A stretch of 22,205 nt of DNA from Mesotaenium endlicherianum (lineage: Eukaryota), in assembly GCA_009602735.1 (NCBI GenBank), contig WELA01000694.1:518986-541190 (forward strand). The letters are read 5' to 3'. Both the position numbers and the translations under genes were made by a program. The notes below the pieces were generated by a model that saw nothing but the letters and a program-made list of their open reading frames with translations, ran no database searches and was not told the DNA's origin. Positions 1 to 10,500 of the stretch are shown here, in pieces (position 1 is the stretch's first letter; each line of letters opens with the position of its first letter).

Positions 1-74
1 AACACTCAATACGACCAGGTCTTCACCCTACCATTCCCCTTCCCCCTCCGGCTCAGTCCCCAAACCCGATCAGA

Positions 75-126
75 CCCCTCAGCCCCCCTCTAGCCCCCTG
101 AACCCCCTTCAGCCCCCTAGCCCCAG
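75..126. repeat. Degenerate 10-11-bp C-rich tandem repeat (agcccccct-like)
   Basis: cccctc agcccccctc tagccccctg aacccccttc agccccctag ccccag. Confidence 0.6.
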
Positions 127-448
127 CGATGATATATGCTTCTGTATGTGTGCATTGCTGCTGGCAGCACACTCGTGCACCTTAGTTGATCACTTTCTTA
201 AATATTTTTTTTGCCTCCGTTATTGTGTTAGCACATGGAAAGAGGAGGAAGAGAATGAGACGGAAGGTCTGCAGAAGCAAAGTACTCTCACCCGTGCTAA
301 GTCGAATGTAGGAAGTTTTTCTCTTCACTGATTGGTCAAAGCAGAGTTTCACTCACGGGAATTTCGCCTGTGCAATGTTCTGGTAATGATTGTCATCGTC
401 GCTGACCGTTACTTTGTGACTGTTGTCTACCATGGGCTCCCTGTTCAG

Positions 449-610
449 GTGAACTTGGAATTTTTGGGGGCGCGGCTTCAAGAATCGTTGCAAGAGCACA
501 CGGATCTAGATTGTGCTCAAGCGCCTTACTTTACCATAGAAGAACATTTTGGTGTAACTGCGCTCTACATGCGGTGTTTATCATGTGAGTCCTTTAAGCT
601 TGTTGTATAA
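449..610 (+). CDS. Terminal exon of RPA-interacting protein (RPAIN/RIP)-like gene, C-terminal Cys/His domain; upstream exons not identified (probably left of the window)
   Basis: Acceptor ctgttcag ends at 448. The exon reads VNLEFLGARLQESLQEHTDLDCAQAPYFTIEEHFGVTALYMRCLSCESFKLVV* (TAA 608-610). It matches my recollection of the plant RPA_interact_C pattern L..RL.E...EH....C...P.F.....F..TALY..C..C..F..V. Recognised from memory, no search run. Confidence 0.75.
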   Translation: MNLEFLGARLQESLQEHTDLDCAQAPYFTIEEHFGVTALYMRCLSCESFKLVV

Positions 611-2190
611 GTTTTTGTTCCACTTCCTTTCTGCTGGCTGTTCCCACCGAGCTTCTCGTTTCTGCCATGTTTTTTCTGTCCTATAGGTTCTATGTTGTGA
701 ATGCAAATGAAGTGAGTCACACTTTGTGTTACGCCCTAGACATCACACAGGTGACCACAAAGTTGTGGCACATTGCTTTGAGTTTAAATGATGTTGCGTG
801 AATACCCACAACACATGCTCCCATTTTGCTTGTCGAGCAATGTGAGCATGAGCATTGTTAGTAAAAGAAGTATACTAGACAAATGAAGCCCAAAAAAATT
901 CGTCCCAAGCTTTTCTTATTCAAGGGAAGTCTAGGAGACGGTTATATGACGGACTCGTGAAAAGGATCAAGGAGTTAAAATCTGACCATTCTTGATGTAT
1001 ATTAGGAGAGCTTATTTGTCAATTGTGTGAAGTGTTACATGTGCATGATTTGTATCTTCTTTATTCTTTTATTTGACATGTGATGGTTCCAGGATGGACC
1101 CGAGACTTCTTAAAAGCTGGAGGTCTTAATAGTGTTACGGAATGCATTTGTTCCAATGACTTTCAAATGCCCGGTCTAATTTGGTGTGCCATATTAATCC
1201 CGGTTGCTATCTGGTTACAATATGCCCACATGACATCAATCACCTGTAATTGTACCTTGATGCTAACCTTTTGAAAGTGGTCCTTCAATATCGTAATTTG
1301 ACAAGATAGAAACTGCCATTGATTCCTTTACAAGCAATAAAAGTTGCAGGAATTCTATATCAACAGAAATGAATAAGTGTTGCCACCGCTCCATAGAAAC
1401 AAACGTCACCTAGCTTGTGATGTTTACATATTATTACTATACTTTTGGTATGCATTGTAGCGATATAAGTTAGCACATATTAGTTCAATTGCATACTCTG
1501 ATACTTTTGAATATTTGTAGAGTGATTTCGTGTGGATTGAAGTGTGATTAGATGCTCTAGTGACTTGGTTCATGTCCTTTGAAATTATAAGTATGACCTA
1601 GAAGACCTCCATGTGGCGGAACTCAAATATACATTTTTTAGGTCAGAAGGACATACGTACATCATTGTAGAAAGAGGTGCAAGTTTTAGGATGTGTTTTT
1701 GGTGTCCATACATTAACATGCACCTTCCTAGAAATTCCTTGTGTAACAAGGGTATAAACAAGAGCGAGAATATAGAGAGACGTTCTAAAATCTCTCTTCT
1801 ACTTGCCAAGATCAAGAAAGATATTAACTTTCAGATATTAACCATCTTTTACAAAAAAACTACGACTTGTGTTCAGAGGTTCCTGTCTTGAATAGATAAA
1901 ATATCTTATTTGGATGAGTACTTTATCTATCTGTTTCACTACACGCATGCACGCACACAATTACAAACCTCCCGGTTAAGTATGTTACTCATCTGGTCCC
2001 TACTTCCCTTGCTGTCTTTCTCGTGCATCCTGGGTACTTCTAGAGAAAGTGCGCTTTAAGATCGCCACAATACAAGTCGCATGACGAGGATATGAACTGA
2101 AAATTTGGGGATGAATAGCTCCAAAAATTGCTGAAATCAAAGCGCAGCCGCAGTTAGAGCTGGCACCGACCACGGTCGATGGCTGAGGTC

Positions 2191-2271
2191 GGCTCAGATG
2201 GGCTCAGATGAAATTGCTTGGACTGGCTTGGATGGGCTTGGATGGGCTTGGATGGGCTTGGACTGGCTTGG
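2191..2271. repeat. Decamer tandem array (GGCTCAGATG)2 + (GCTTGGAYKG)5.6 upstream of the CDCA7-like gene
   Basis: Units at 2216-2271: gcttggactg, gcttggatgg x3, gcttggactg, gcttgg. Preceded by ggctcagatg x2 at 2191-2210. Confidence 0.9.
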
Positions 2272-2718
2272 GCTTGCTTCTGCACACTTGGGGATGCTTG
2301 CATGAACCGCTACTGAAACGCTGACACGTCATAGTGCGTGTTGACCTTACTTGAAGACAGACTTAGCGCCATAACTGGTCTAGCTCCTCGAGTATCACCA
2401 AGGAGCTAGCTTGGGTATTTCTCGACAACTGAAAGCCGCTTGTAAGAACCTTCTGTCAGTTATGCCGATCAACAAAGACCAATGTGCATTACTGACATGA
2501 GTGACTTGAGACAATAGCGGTCCTTTAAAAATGATGCTGGATTGACCTGGTTAGTGACATTCATGAATACGCTCGGTACATTCATGGGGCACATTCTCAA
2601 ATGATTTGCTCAAGATGCGTTTTGTCAGGGGTACTTGACGGGATGCCCTGTGGTGTAATGAAGTAGACGTTACTATCAACTTTTTTACCCACTCTGTTCC
2701 TTCAATTTAGTTTGCAGA

Positions 2719-2955
2719 ATGACATGCACGCGGGGTTGTCTTGTCCCGAATAGCATGTGGGACGCGAGCTTGGAGACTCGTAGTGAAAAACAGAAGGTCA
2801 ACCCCGCAGGAGTGTGGCAACAGCTTGACTCAGTCATGACCTGTCTGACTTCCTCCAAAGGAAACCTCTGTATGGAGCTTGAGCTTGTTAAAAGCAGCCA
2901 GATAACATCAAGTAACCAGCTCGTCGCAGAAGAGACAGAAAAACGTGTAAAAAAG
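2719..2955 (+). CDS. First coding exon of the CDCA7-like gene
   Basis: Acceptor tttgcag ends at 2717, one base before the ATG at 2719, suggesting a 5'UTR intron or an upstream exon. The frame is open to ...EETEKRVKK. Donor AAG|gtgaga at 2956 is phase 0 and joins RARK at 3074. Confidence 0.65.
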
Positions 2956-4552
2956 GTGAGAGTTTTGAAGTTTTTATACGTTGAGGAAAGCTGATGTCAA
3001 GCCTGTCCGATTGCAGTCGTGTACGACTGTCACATGTTTATGTCTTGGTGTACATGTTGTCGACATCCTGCAGAGGGCAAGGAAAACGAACCCTGGGCGA
3101 CGCATGCTTGGGGGGCGAATTTACGATTCTGAAATGGGGGAGACCTGCCACTGGTGTCGCCAGAAGACTTTGGAGCTGCACGTAAAATGCTCCAAGTAAG
3201 CTTCCATTTGCGCACATCCATCTTTGCACTCATTCATGGCCGTATCAAGCAATATAGCTACTACAGAACTTAAACGGCAGGTTCTATTGCAAGCACACTG
3301 CTGCTGCAGGCATGGCCTTCGACAAGCATCTCATCATTGTGATACATGCCATTCCACACCACTATGCATGAAGATTGTTTAAGTTGAGAAAAGTAACTGG
3401 TACCTGCGTTTCGGTGAAGTAAACGACTGTTGCCGCGCTCCTGCATGAGGACTATCAAACGTATCTGGAGATCTGCAACTCGAGGAGTGAAAAGCTGCAG
3501 GAGATTAGATGACGCTCCACCTGACGGGAGTCGAGAGGCGGGTGAAGAGCCATTTGGTGCACCTAGGAGCTGTCGATTGCTCGCTTTGGGTGAGCGAAGG
3601 CTGGGAGGGTGGTCGACAGAGCAGGGACGGCAGGCTGCTGCCCAGCGATTCCCTCAACCTTCATACGTTCTTATTCTATTTTCCCCTTCTTTTCCTCCTC
3701 TTGCTGCTGCCACGCAGACCGACGTGCAGAGTCAAGTTCTGCGGGTCGTGCCTGCGCAACCGCCACGGCGAGGAGATCAGAGAAGAGACAGAGGAAGGCG
3801 TGCTGTGGGTGTGCCCTGTGTGCAGAGGGGGCTGCGGCCCCGGCTGCAGCCGCTGGTGAATTACACTCCTTTCGCATTAGAATGTCAAAAACTTTGCTCG
3901 TAGAGTACGAAAAGTGAATCCCCTCCCACTACCCCCCCCCCNNNNNNNNNNNNNNNNNNNNNNNNNNNNNNNNNNNNNNNNNNNNNNNNNNNNNNNNNNN
4001 NNNNNNNNNNNNNNNNNNNNNNNNNNNNNNNNNNNNNNNNNNNNNNNNNNNNNNNNNNNNNNNNNNNNNNNNNNNNNNNNNNNNNNNNNNNNNNNNNNNN
4101 NNNNNNNNNNNNNNNNNNNNNNNNNNNNNNNNNNNNNNNNNNNNNNNNNNNNNNNNNNNNNNNNNNNNNNNNNNNNNNNNNNNNNNNNNNNNNNNNNNNN
4201 NNNNNNNNNNNNNNNNNNNNNNNNNNNNNNNNNNNNNNNNNNNNNNNNNNNNNNNNNNNNNNNNNNNNNNNNNNNNNNNNNNNNNNNNNNNNNNNNNNNN
4301 NNNNNNNNNNNNNNNNNNNNNNNNNNNNNNNNNNNNNNNNNNNNNNNNNNNNNNNNNNNNNNNNNNNNNNNNNNNNNNNNNNNNNNNNNNNNNNNNNNNN
4401 NNNNNNNNNNNNNNNNNNNNNNNNNNNNNNNNNNNNNNNNNNNNNNNNNNNNNNNNNNNNNNNCTACCCACCCCCCCCTTTGCCCCCCCTGTGGGCCCTT
4501 ATTAAAGTTGAGGAGCTGAAAGATGTGAGACTTCCCCCTCCCCTCCTTTTGC

Positions 4553-4599
<47 letters not shown>

Positions 4600-7500
4600 T
4601 TTCACCCTGGGGATTGGATGCTGTACCTGTGTGCAGCTGCAATTGCGGGCCCTGTCGCATTAAGCGCAAGATGAAGCCAACTGGTCTTGTCTTGTATCGA
4701 GTACGGCAGGATGGCTTCAGCAACGTGCACGACTGGCTCATCTTTCAGAAGCTGGGGGGCACGCCCGAGGCCATTGCTAAGAGGAAAGAGGGGAGGGGGT
4801 GGACCAAGGCGGGAGGATTGCTCTTGCAGCTGGAGGGGGGAGGCGACGAGGGCAGGAATGCTGCAGCTGAGGAGAGGGAGAGCATTGGGTGCCAAGCTCT
4901 AGCGCTGGCAGTGCAGGCTGGGGGGAGTGGCGTGCAGCAGGTGGAGGATGACATGGCAGAGGAAAACAGTGGGCAGGTGGCGGGTGCCAAGAGACGAGGA
5001 GGCCTGAGAGTGGAGAGACAAAAGAAGCGGAAGAGGAAGCATGCGGTGGGCCCTCCCGACTCTCTCTCTCAAATACTACTTGAGCTCGTTCCAGCCTTAG
5101 ATGTCCCCGAGCTCCTGAGCAGCCTGGTTGACACGTGTGCATCGTGGCGGTGGCCGAGATGGCATGATCTGTGCGTGCATTTGCGATGCGTGGGCGTGCG
5201 TGTGCTTGCTGTAATAGCGGCAAGCAGCGTGCACTCTCCTGGAGAAGCCTCTTTACAGCTAGGGGCACCACTAAGTGTTCCCGACGATTCCTGCGCGGCG
5301 CCAGCGACTTTCTGAAGGACTGCTCTTGACGTCTTAGAGACTCTGTTCCCATAGGCTGCGGCTCCCCTCCTTCGGGCAGAGTGCATGCGCTGCTGCACGC
5401 ACTCTTTCTCTGTCTGAGTTCGTGCCAAAGAACAGAACCTCATTGAACGCATTTACCTCAAAGTAAGGGATTCTTTTCCTGGGAGCTTCGAGGTGATCGA
5501 GGCAGGCCTGTCCGATGAGCGCGGCCGTCGTGAAAGGCTGGTGCTGACTGAATCGGTAGCCTTGACCTTGTGGACAGGAGGAGCTCGCTGGCATGTGTCC
5601 CGCTGCTGCTAAAAGAGGGCGGCGCTGCCCCAATTATGACGGCTCGAGCTCAGAAGGGGAGTGGCAGGAGGGCTCGGACGACGCGGAGGAGGGCGACGAG
5701 TGGGATGAGCTGGCAGGCAAGGATAGCAGGGACGAGGACGAGGACGAGGGAGGAGGAGGAGGAGCAGGAGGAAGAGATGGGGAGGAAGAGGAGGCCAAGG
5801 AAGGGCCTTTGTCCCTCCGGACCAAGCGTGCGCAGCAGCAGAGTGGTGGTAATGCCAGGCGCAGGAGAGCAGCGCCAGAGCAAAATCCAGGAGTTGCAGC
5901 CAATGCTAAGGTGAAGATAGAGGTGATGGATCTGCCGGCAGGCACAGGTTCTTGGGAATTGAGAAAATGCCAACAGGTCGGCGGCGGAGGGACAGCTGGC
6001 AGCCCTTTAGGGGCAGCGAAGAGGCCACGCCGTAATACTGATGCAGAACCCGACTGCTGTCGAGGACACGGGGATGCGCGGCGTACGATCCCGGAGGAGG
6101 AGCAGGAGCAGCCGCGAGTGCCAGCTGGCGACAAACCTAAGATGGCCAGCACACAGCCCAAGGTACAGCTGTCAAAGGGTCCTCCTCCTCTTCCTCCTCC
6201 TCCTTTTCCGCTGGAAAATGCCCTGCCCCTCGCCCTACTTATCATCCAGGGCTAGCATGTGAGAGTGCATCAGTGATTCATCTTGTTCATGACGAGGAGC
6301 AGGAGCAGGAGCAGGGAGGAGCTGGGCATGGTTGCATGTTAGCTGAGGATTTCGTCATTGGCAGAGCTGGGCGGGCTCGTCGTCGCAGGCTCTCGTGAAA
6401 GTACCCCCCCCCCCCCAGGCAGACGCAGCTGATGGAATGTCAAGTGGCACGCCCCCAAGGCAGGAGCAGTAGCGGGAGAGCAAGACTCGGGGCGGCGGGT
6501 TTCGCTTGAGGCCGAGAGCAGCTTGCTGGGCCCGGCAGCGGCCGGGGAACCGGAAGGAGCAGAGAGTCTTCCTCCCCTCCGGTCCTTGTGTCCCCGTCAA
6601 CCTTACGTCCCCGTCTTAAAACCCAAACCTTGACGCGGGTGCGGAGTGCTGAGCCCAGCCCCAAAGCCCAGAGCCTGGCGCCGAAACCAAGACCAAGTCA
6701 TGCAGGCGAAGCACATGCAGGGACCCCATCAAGGGACCCTGGTTGGTGCCAGGCAGAGGACCCGAAAGCGCAAGCTTCCTGAACCGTGTGCCCTGCTCTG
6801 TCTGCTCGGGAGCAGGAGGCAGCTGCTGCCGACCCGGCCCCTCCCCTGCCGCCCGGGAAGCTCCCCCCCGGCGTCGGCAGGGACGAAGGATATGGCGCCT
6901 TGCTGGCGCAGGAGCTCCAGCGGGCCTACGACGCCCGGGAGCTGGCGCGGCTGAGGTTCGAGTTCCGCAAGAGGAACAAGCAGGACAGGCACCGGGAGAC
7001 GCGCCAGGGGGGGCTGCTGGTGCCCACGGACGTGGATGCCAAGTCCTACGCGGACTCTTTTCCCGGTATGTATGTTGCTGTGGCCGCGGCTGTAACTTTC
7101 CCAGGAGGGGAGGTGGGGGAGGGAAAGAGAAGGAGGAGGGGGAGGGTGAGGGGGAGGGGGGAGAGAGAGGGTCTGGAGTTTGTGAAATTGGCTGTGTTAA
7201 ACTTGTAGGCGGACAGCGTGCTTGGGTATGGCGGCACGCCCTGCGGCGGAGATCGTGAAACAGATGCGACGACGGGGATGCTCTTGCATTGCTGCATGTG
7301 GTCTTCTTCTCTCTGTTGCGCAACTCTGTGCCCGTCGTCCGCCTGCAACAGCCGAGTGCAGCTGGCTGGCTGCTGCTCCGCTTGCGCACTGAAATCGGCT
7401 GCTGCGCTGTCGCCGGGCCGCGCGGAGGGGCTTTTCTGACCTTCGTGAGGTGATGGTGCGCGTGTGTCTTGTCCGCAGACTTGGAGAAGAAGCAGCTGGA

Positions 7501-10500
7501 GGCGGCAGCAGCGGCAGCAGGAGGAGCAGCGCAGGCGGAGGAGCTGGCGCTGCTGAGGGGCTTCTTCTTCTGGATCAAGGTGCCCTGCCTGAGAGCGCGC
7601 CCCCCCTCTCCCCCTTGCGCACCGTCTATCTGGACTGCCTCCTGCACCTGCTGTCGGGCGAGCATGAATGTCCTCTGTGGTGCACGCCCACTGTGTGGGG
7701 TCCAGCTGCTGCTGCTGCTGCCCATATGTACCTCCTCTTTCTCTCCCTCTCTCGCTCTCGCTGCGCGTTTGCACGCAGATGGCAACAGGTGAGGTGATTG
7801 CATGCACTGCTTCCAGCAAGCTGGTAGTCTGCCGTCACTGAAGACGTGGGAACACTAAGTGTGATCACAATGAAAGTTTTGCCCCACCAGAAGCTTCATT
7901 TGTTCTAAGCGTGTGTAACGGTGAGCTGCAGCGAGCGCGTGTGTGAGGCCGTCAGGTACGTGCAATCTGACCTGGCTTGTACGACGCCCCCCTGCAGCGG
8001 CAGCTGGTGGGCGTAGCCTGCGAAACCTAGACGCACAAAGTGAGGTGTTTGGGTTTAGATTAAGGACTCAGACTCTTGTCCAGTTATCGGAGACCCAGAG
8101 TGCTTGGCAGGGCATGGGGCCGTGGTCCAGACGATTCTGTATGCACGTGTATGCACGCAAACACGACGTCCGTCGTCCTTCTATGCTGCCGCAAGCCATC
8201 CTGCCACCCAACATGTGCGCAACGGCGTCGTCCACCATCAAGTCATCCACGGCATCATTGGCAGGCATGCTGCCCCTGCCCCTCGCCAGGCCTGCCTGCC
8301 TGCCTGCTTCACTGACATGCCTGGCTTGCTGGCTCTTGTTTCTTGGCTTTCGCCCCTCTGCCCTCTCGCACGGCAACCACCGCAGCACCTCGTGAGGAAG
8401 GACGCCTTCAAGCCGTGGGCTCCGCAGTGCACGTCGCTGGAGGTGGAAGCGGACTTTGAGGTGCCCCCTACACCCCATCTGCCCCCTCTTTCTCTCCCTG
8501 ATTCACCCTCCCCCCCTTCTCTCTCTTCCCTCTCTTCTCTCTCTCACTTGTCCTCTCTATCTGGCTCTTTCTCTCCTCCTCTCTCTGTCGTCTTCTTCCC
8601 TCTTTGAAACTCATGCCTTCAGACGTCTTGCTCTTGGTCCCCCTGCAACTCATCGCGTATGTCCAGGGTACTCAATCCTACATTTAGGAATGCACGGGGG
8701 CGAATGCGTGTGGTTCAAGGAAATGACGTCTTTATTTGGATCATCAACTACGGTACCTATCACAGGGGTGTGTTGGCAATGACTCCTTTCCAGTATAAAC
8801 TCCCTAGAGATATCGAGTTGCATGTTGTCCCCCCTTTTGAAGTGGCTGGATGAAATGTTAGCTACCGTGACAAGAAGCGTGGCTCTGGAAGGAAGAGCGA
8901 GCGCATTTGCTTGCGTGCGGGTGCTTGTGCATGTGCGCACATGGCGCGTGCGAGTGCAGGCGTGGGTGCATGCATGGGTGTGTGCGCACATGTGGTTGTG
9001 CCTGCGTAAGTCTACGCTCACAAATTCCTCTGTGCATTGAGGGTCAAAGCTCAGTGTCTTAGTGACGTCCAGATGGACTTTGACGTTGGCGTTTATTGTG
9101 ACATCATCCTGGTGTTGGTCTTGCTGGTGCCGTGGAGCAGGTGCTGGCAGAAGTGCGCGTGCTGGATGGCCGCACCGCCCCTGCAAGCAAGCTCGCGCTC
9201 GTGCACGCCGTCAAATGCGAGCCCCACGACTTGGACTGCTCTCTTCCTCCTCCTCTTCCCAACATTCCTCCCCACCCGTCTGGTTCTCTCCCTCCTCCTC
9301 CGGCTCCACCTGCTCCTCCTCCGGCTCCTGCCCTCCCTGCCCCTCTCGCTCCTGCTCTCACACCAACTCCCGCTCCTGCTCTTGCTCCTGCTCCGGCTCC
9401 AGCTCCTGCTCCTCTGCTTGTTCCTGTTCCCGCTCCTTCTCGCCCCCAGATGCCGCCACAGCTAGCAGCCTGCTCAAGGAAAGACTCAGGCCTCCTGAAG
9501 GCCGTCAAGCAGGAGCCAGATCAGCTGCAGCAGCAATTTGCCCCCCCCCCCGAGTGGATTGCTGTGCCCCGGCGTACCTCTGATCCGCTGAGCGAGCCGC
9601 AGCAGTGCCAGGACGTCTCCAAGCTGTACCCTCCCGTGGTGCGGGTGAAGGCGGAGGCGGTGGACTGCGCTGCCCTTGTTCTCCCCGCACCTGCTCCCGC
9701 GCCGCCCGTACAGCTGTCCTCTGCAGACCTCGCAAACGTACCCCCCCCCCCCCTTCTCCCCCAATCCCAATCCCCGTCGCATGTGCTGAACATCCCCCGC
9801 CATACACATGCCCTAGCCCCTGGCCTCCCAACCTCAAAACCTTATCGCTTGCGAGACTATGTTGCAAGGCAGGCCCACAACCGCGACTGCCTCTGGGGCT
9901 GCTTGGCACGTGGTAGTCGGTCAAGCCCTCTGGGGGGGTGCGTGTGCTGCGCTCTCTGCACTCTCTCTCTGCGTCCTATCTTGGTCTGTCTTCCCGCATG
10001 CTTTTCCGGCTGCCTGGCTGTCATACGGGAGATCGAGACATGCACGCCTTCCCAACCCGACACGCCCCCGGCCAGGCGTTGTGCGTCGTGCGTGCGTTGT
10101 CTGTTGCCGCTCCGTACTCACCTGTGGTTCATGCGGACTCCAGGCTGCTGGGCCCTGAGGGTCACTGTCAGCCAGTCTCGCCAGACGGCCTGGCCTGGCT
10201 GGCCGGCCAAGCGCAGCCTCAAGTCCAACAATGGATCATAGTTCCAGGTCTGAGCGCCTGCATGGTGGTCAGGAGAGGAGAGTAGTAAACTTCCAGGCTT
10301 CTTAGGCATGGTACTTGAGGTCCTGTGCCAGTGGGGTTAGGGGGTTGCAGCAACCAGCTTCTGAAAGCAGCAGGGGGCGGGGTGAGGGTGTCGCCTCTGG
10401 GCTTCGTGGGCTCCTTCCTTCCAACCTTCATGCGCACCGCTTGCGTGCCCAGGCGTCTCAGGTAGAGTGGGATGTGACAAGAGATGAGCTTACGATGTTT

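Noticed and set aside
232..307. Candidate exon STWKEEEENETEGLQKQSTLTRAKSN upstream of the RPAIN-like exon
   Set aside because: It has ag/gt borders and a compatible phase, but lacks the Cys motifs I would expect in the preceding part of the domain. It cannot be supported without transcripts.
1080..1891. Short ORFs in the AT-rich region
   Set aside because: No recognisable motifs or coding bias; probably 3'UTR or intergenic.
2191..2271. Tandem arrays (here and at 14011-14543) as CRISPR or telomeric repeats
   Set aside because: No unique spacers, units too short, eukaryotic context, and no TTTAGGG-type unit.
3877..4605. Long ORFs of 180-242 aa spanning the first gap
   Set aside because: They consist of Ns and microsatellite translation, so they are artefacts.
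6616..7819. 395-aa and 257-aa minus-strand ORFs
   Set aside because: Antisense shadows of GC-rich exons and introns of the + strand gene, with low-complexity translations and no motifs.
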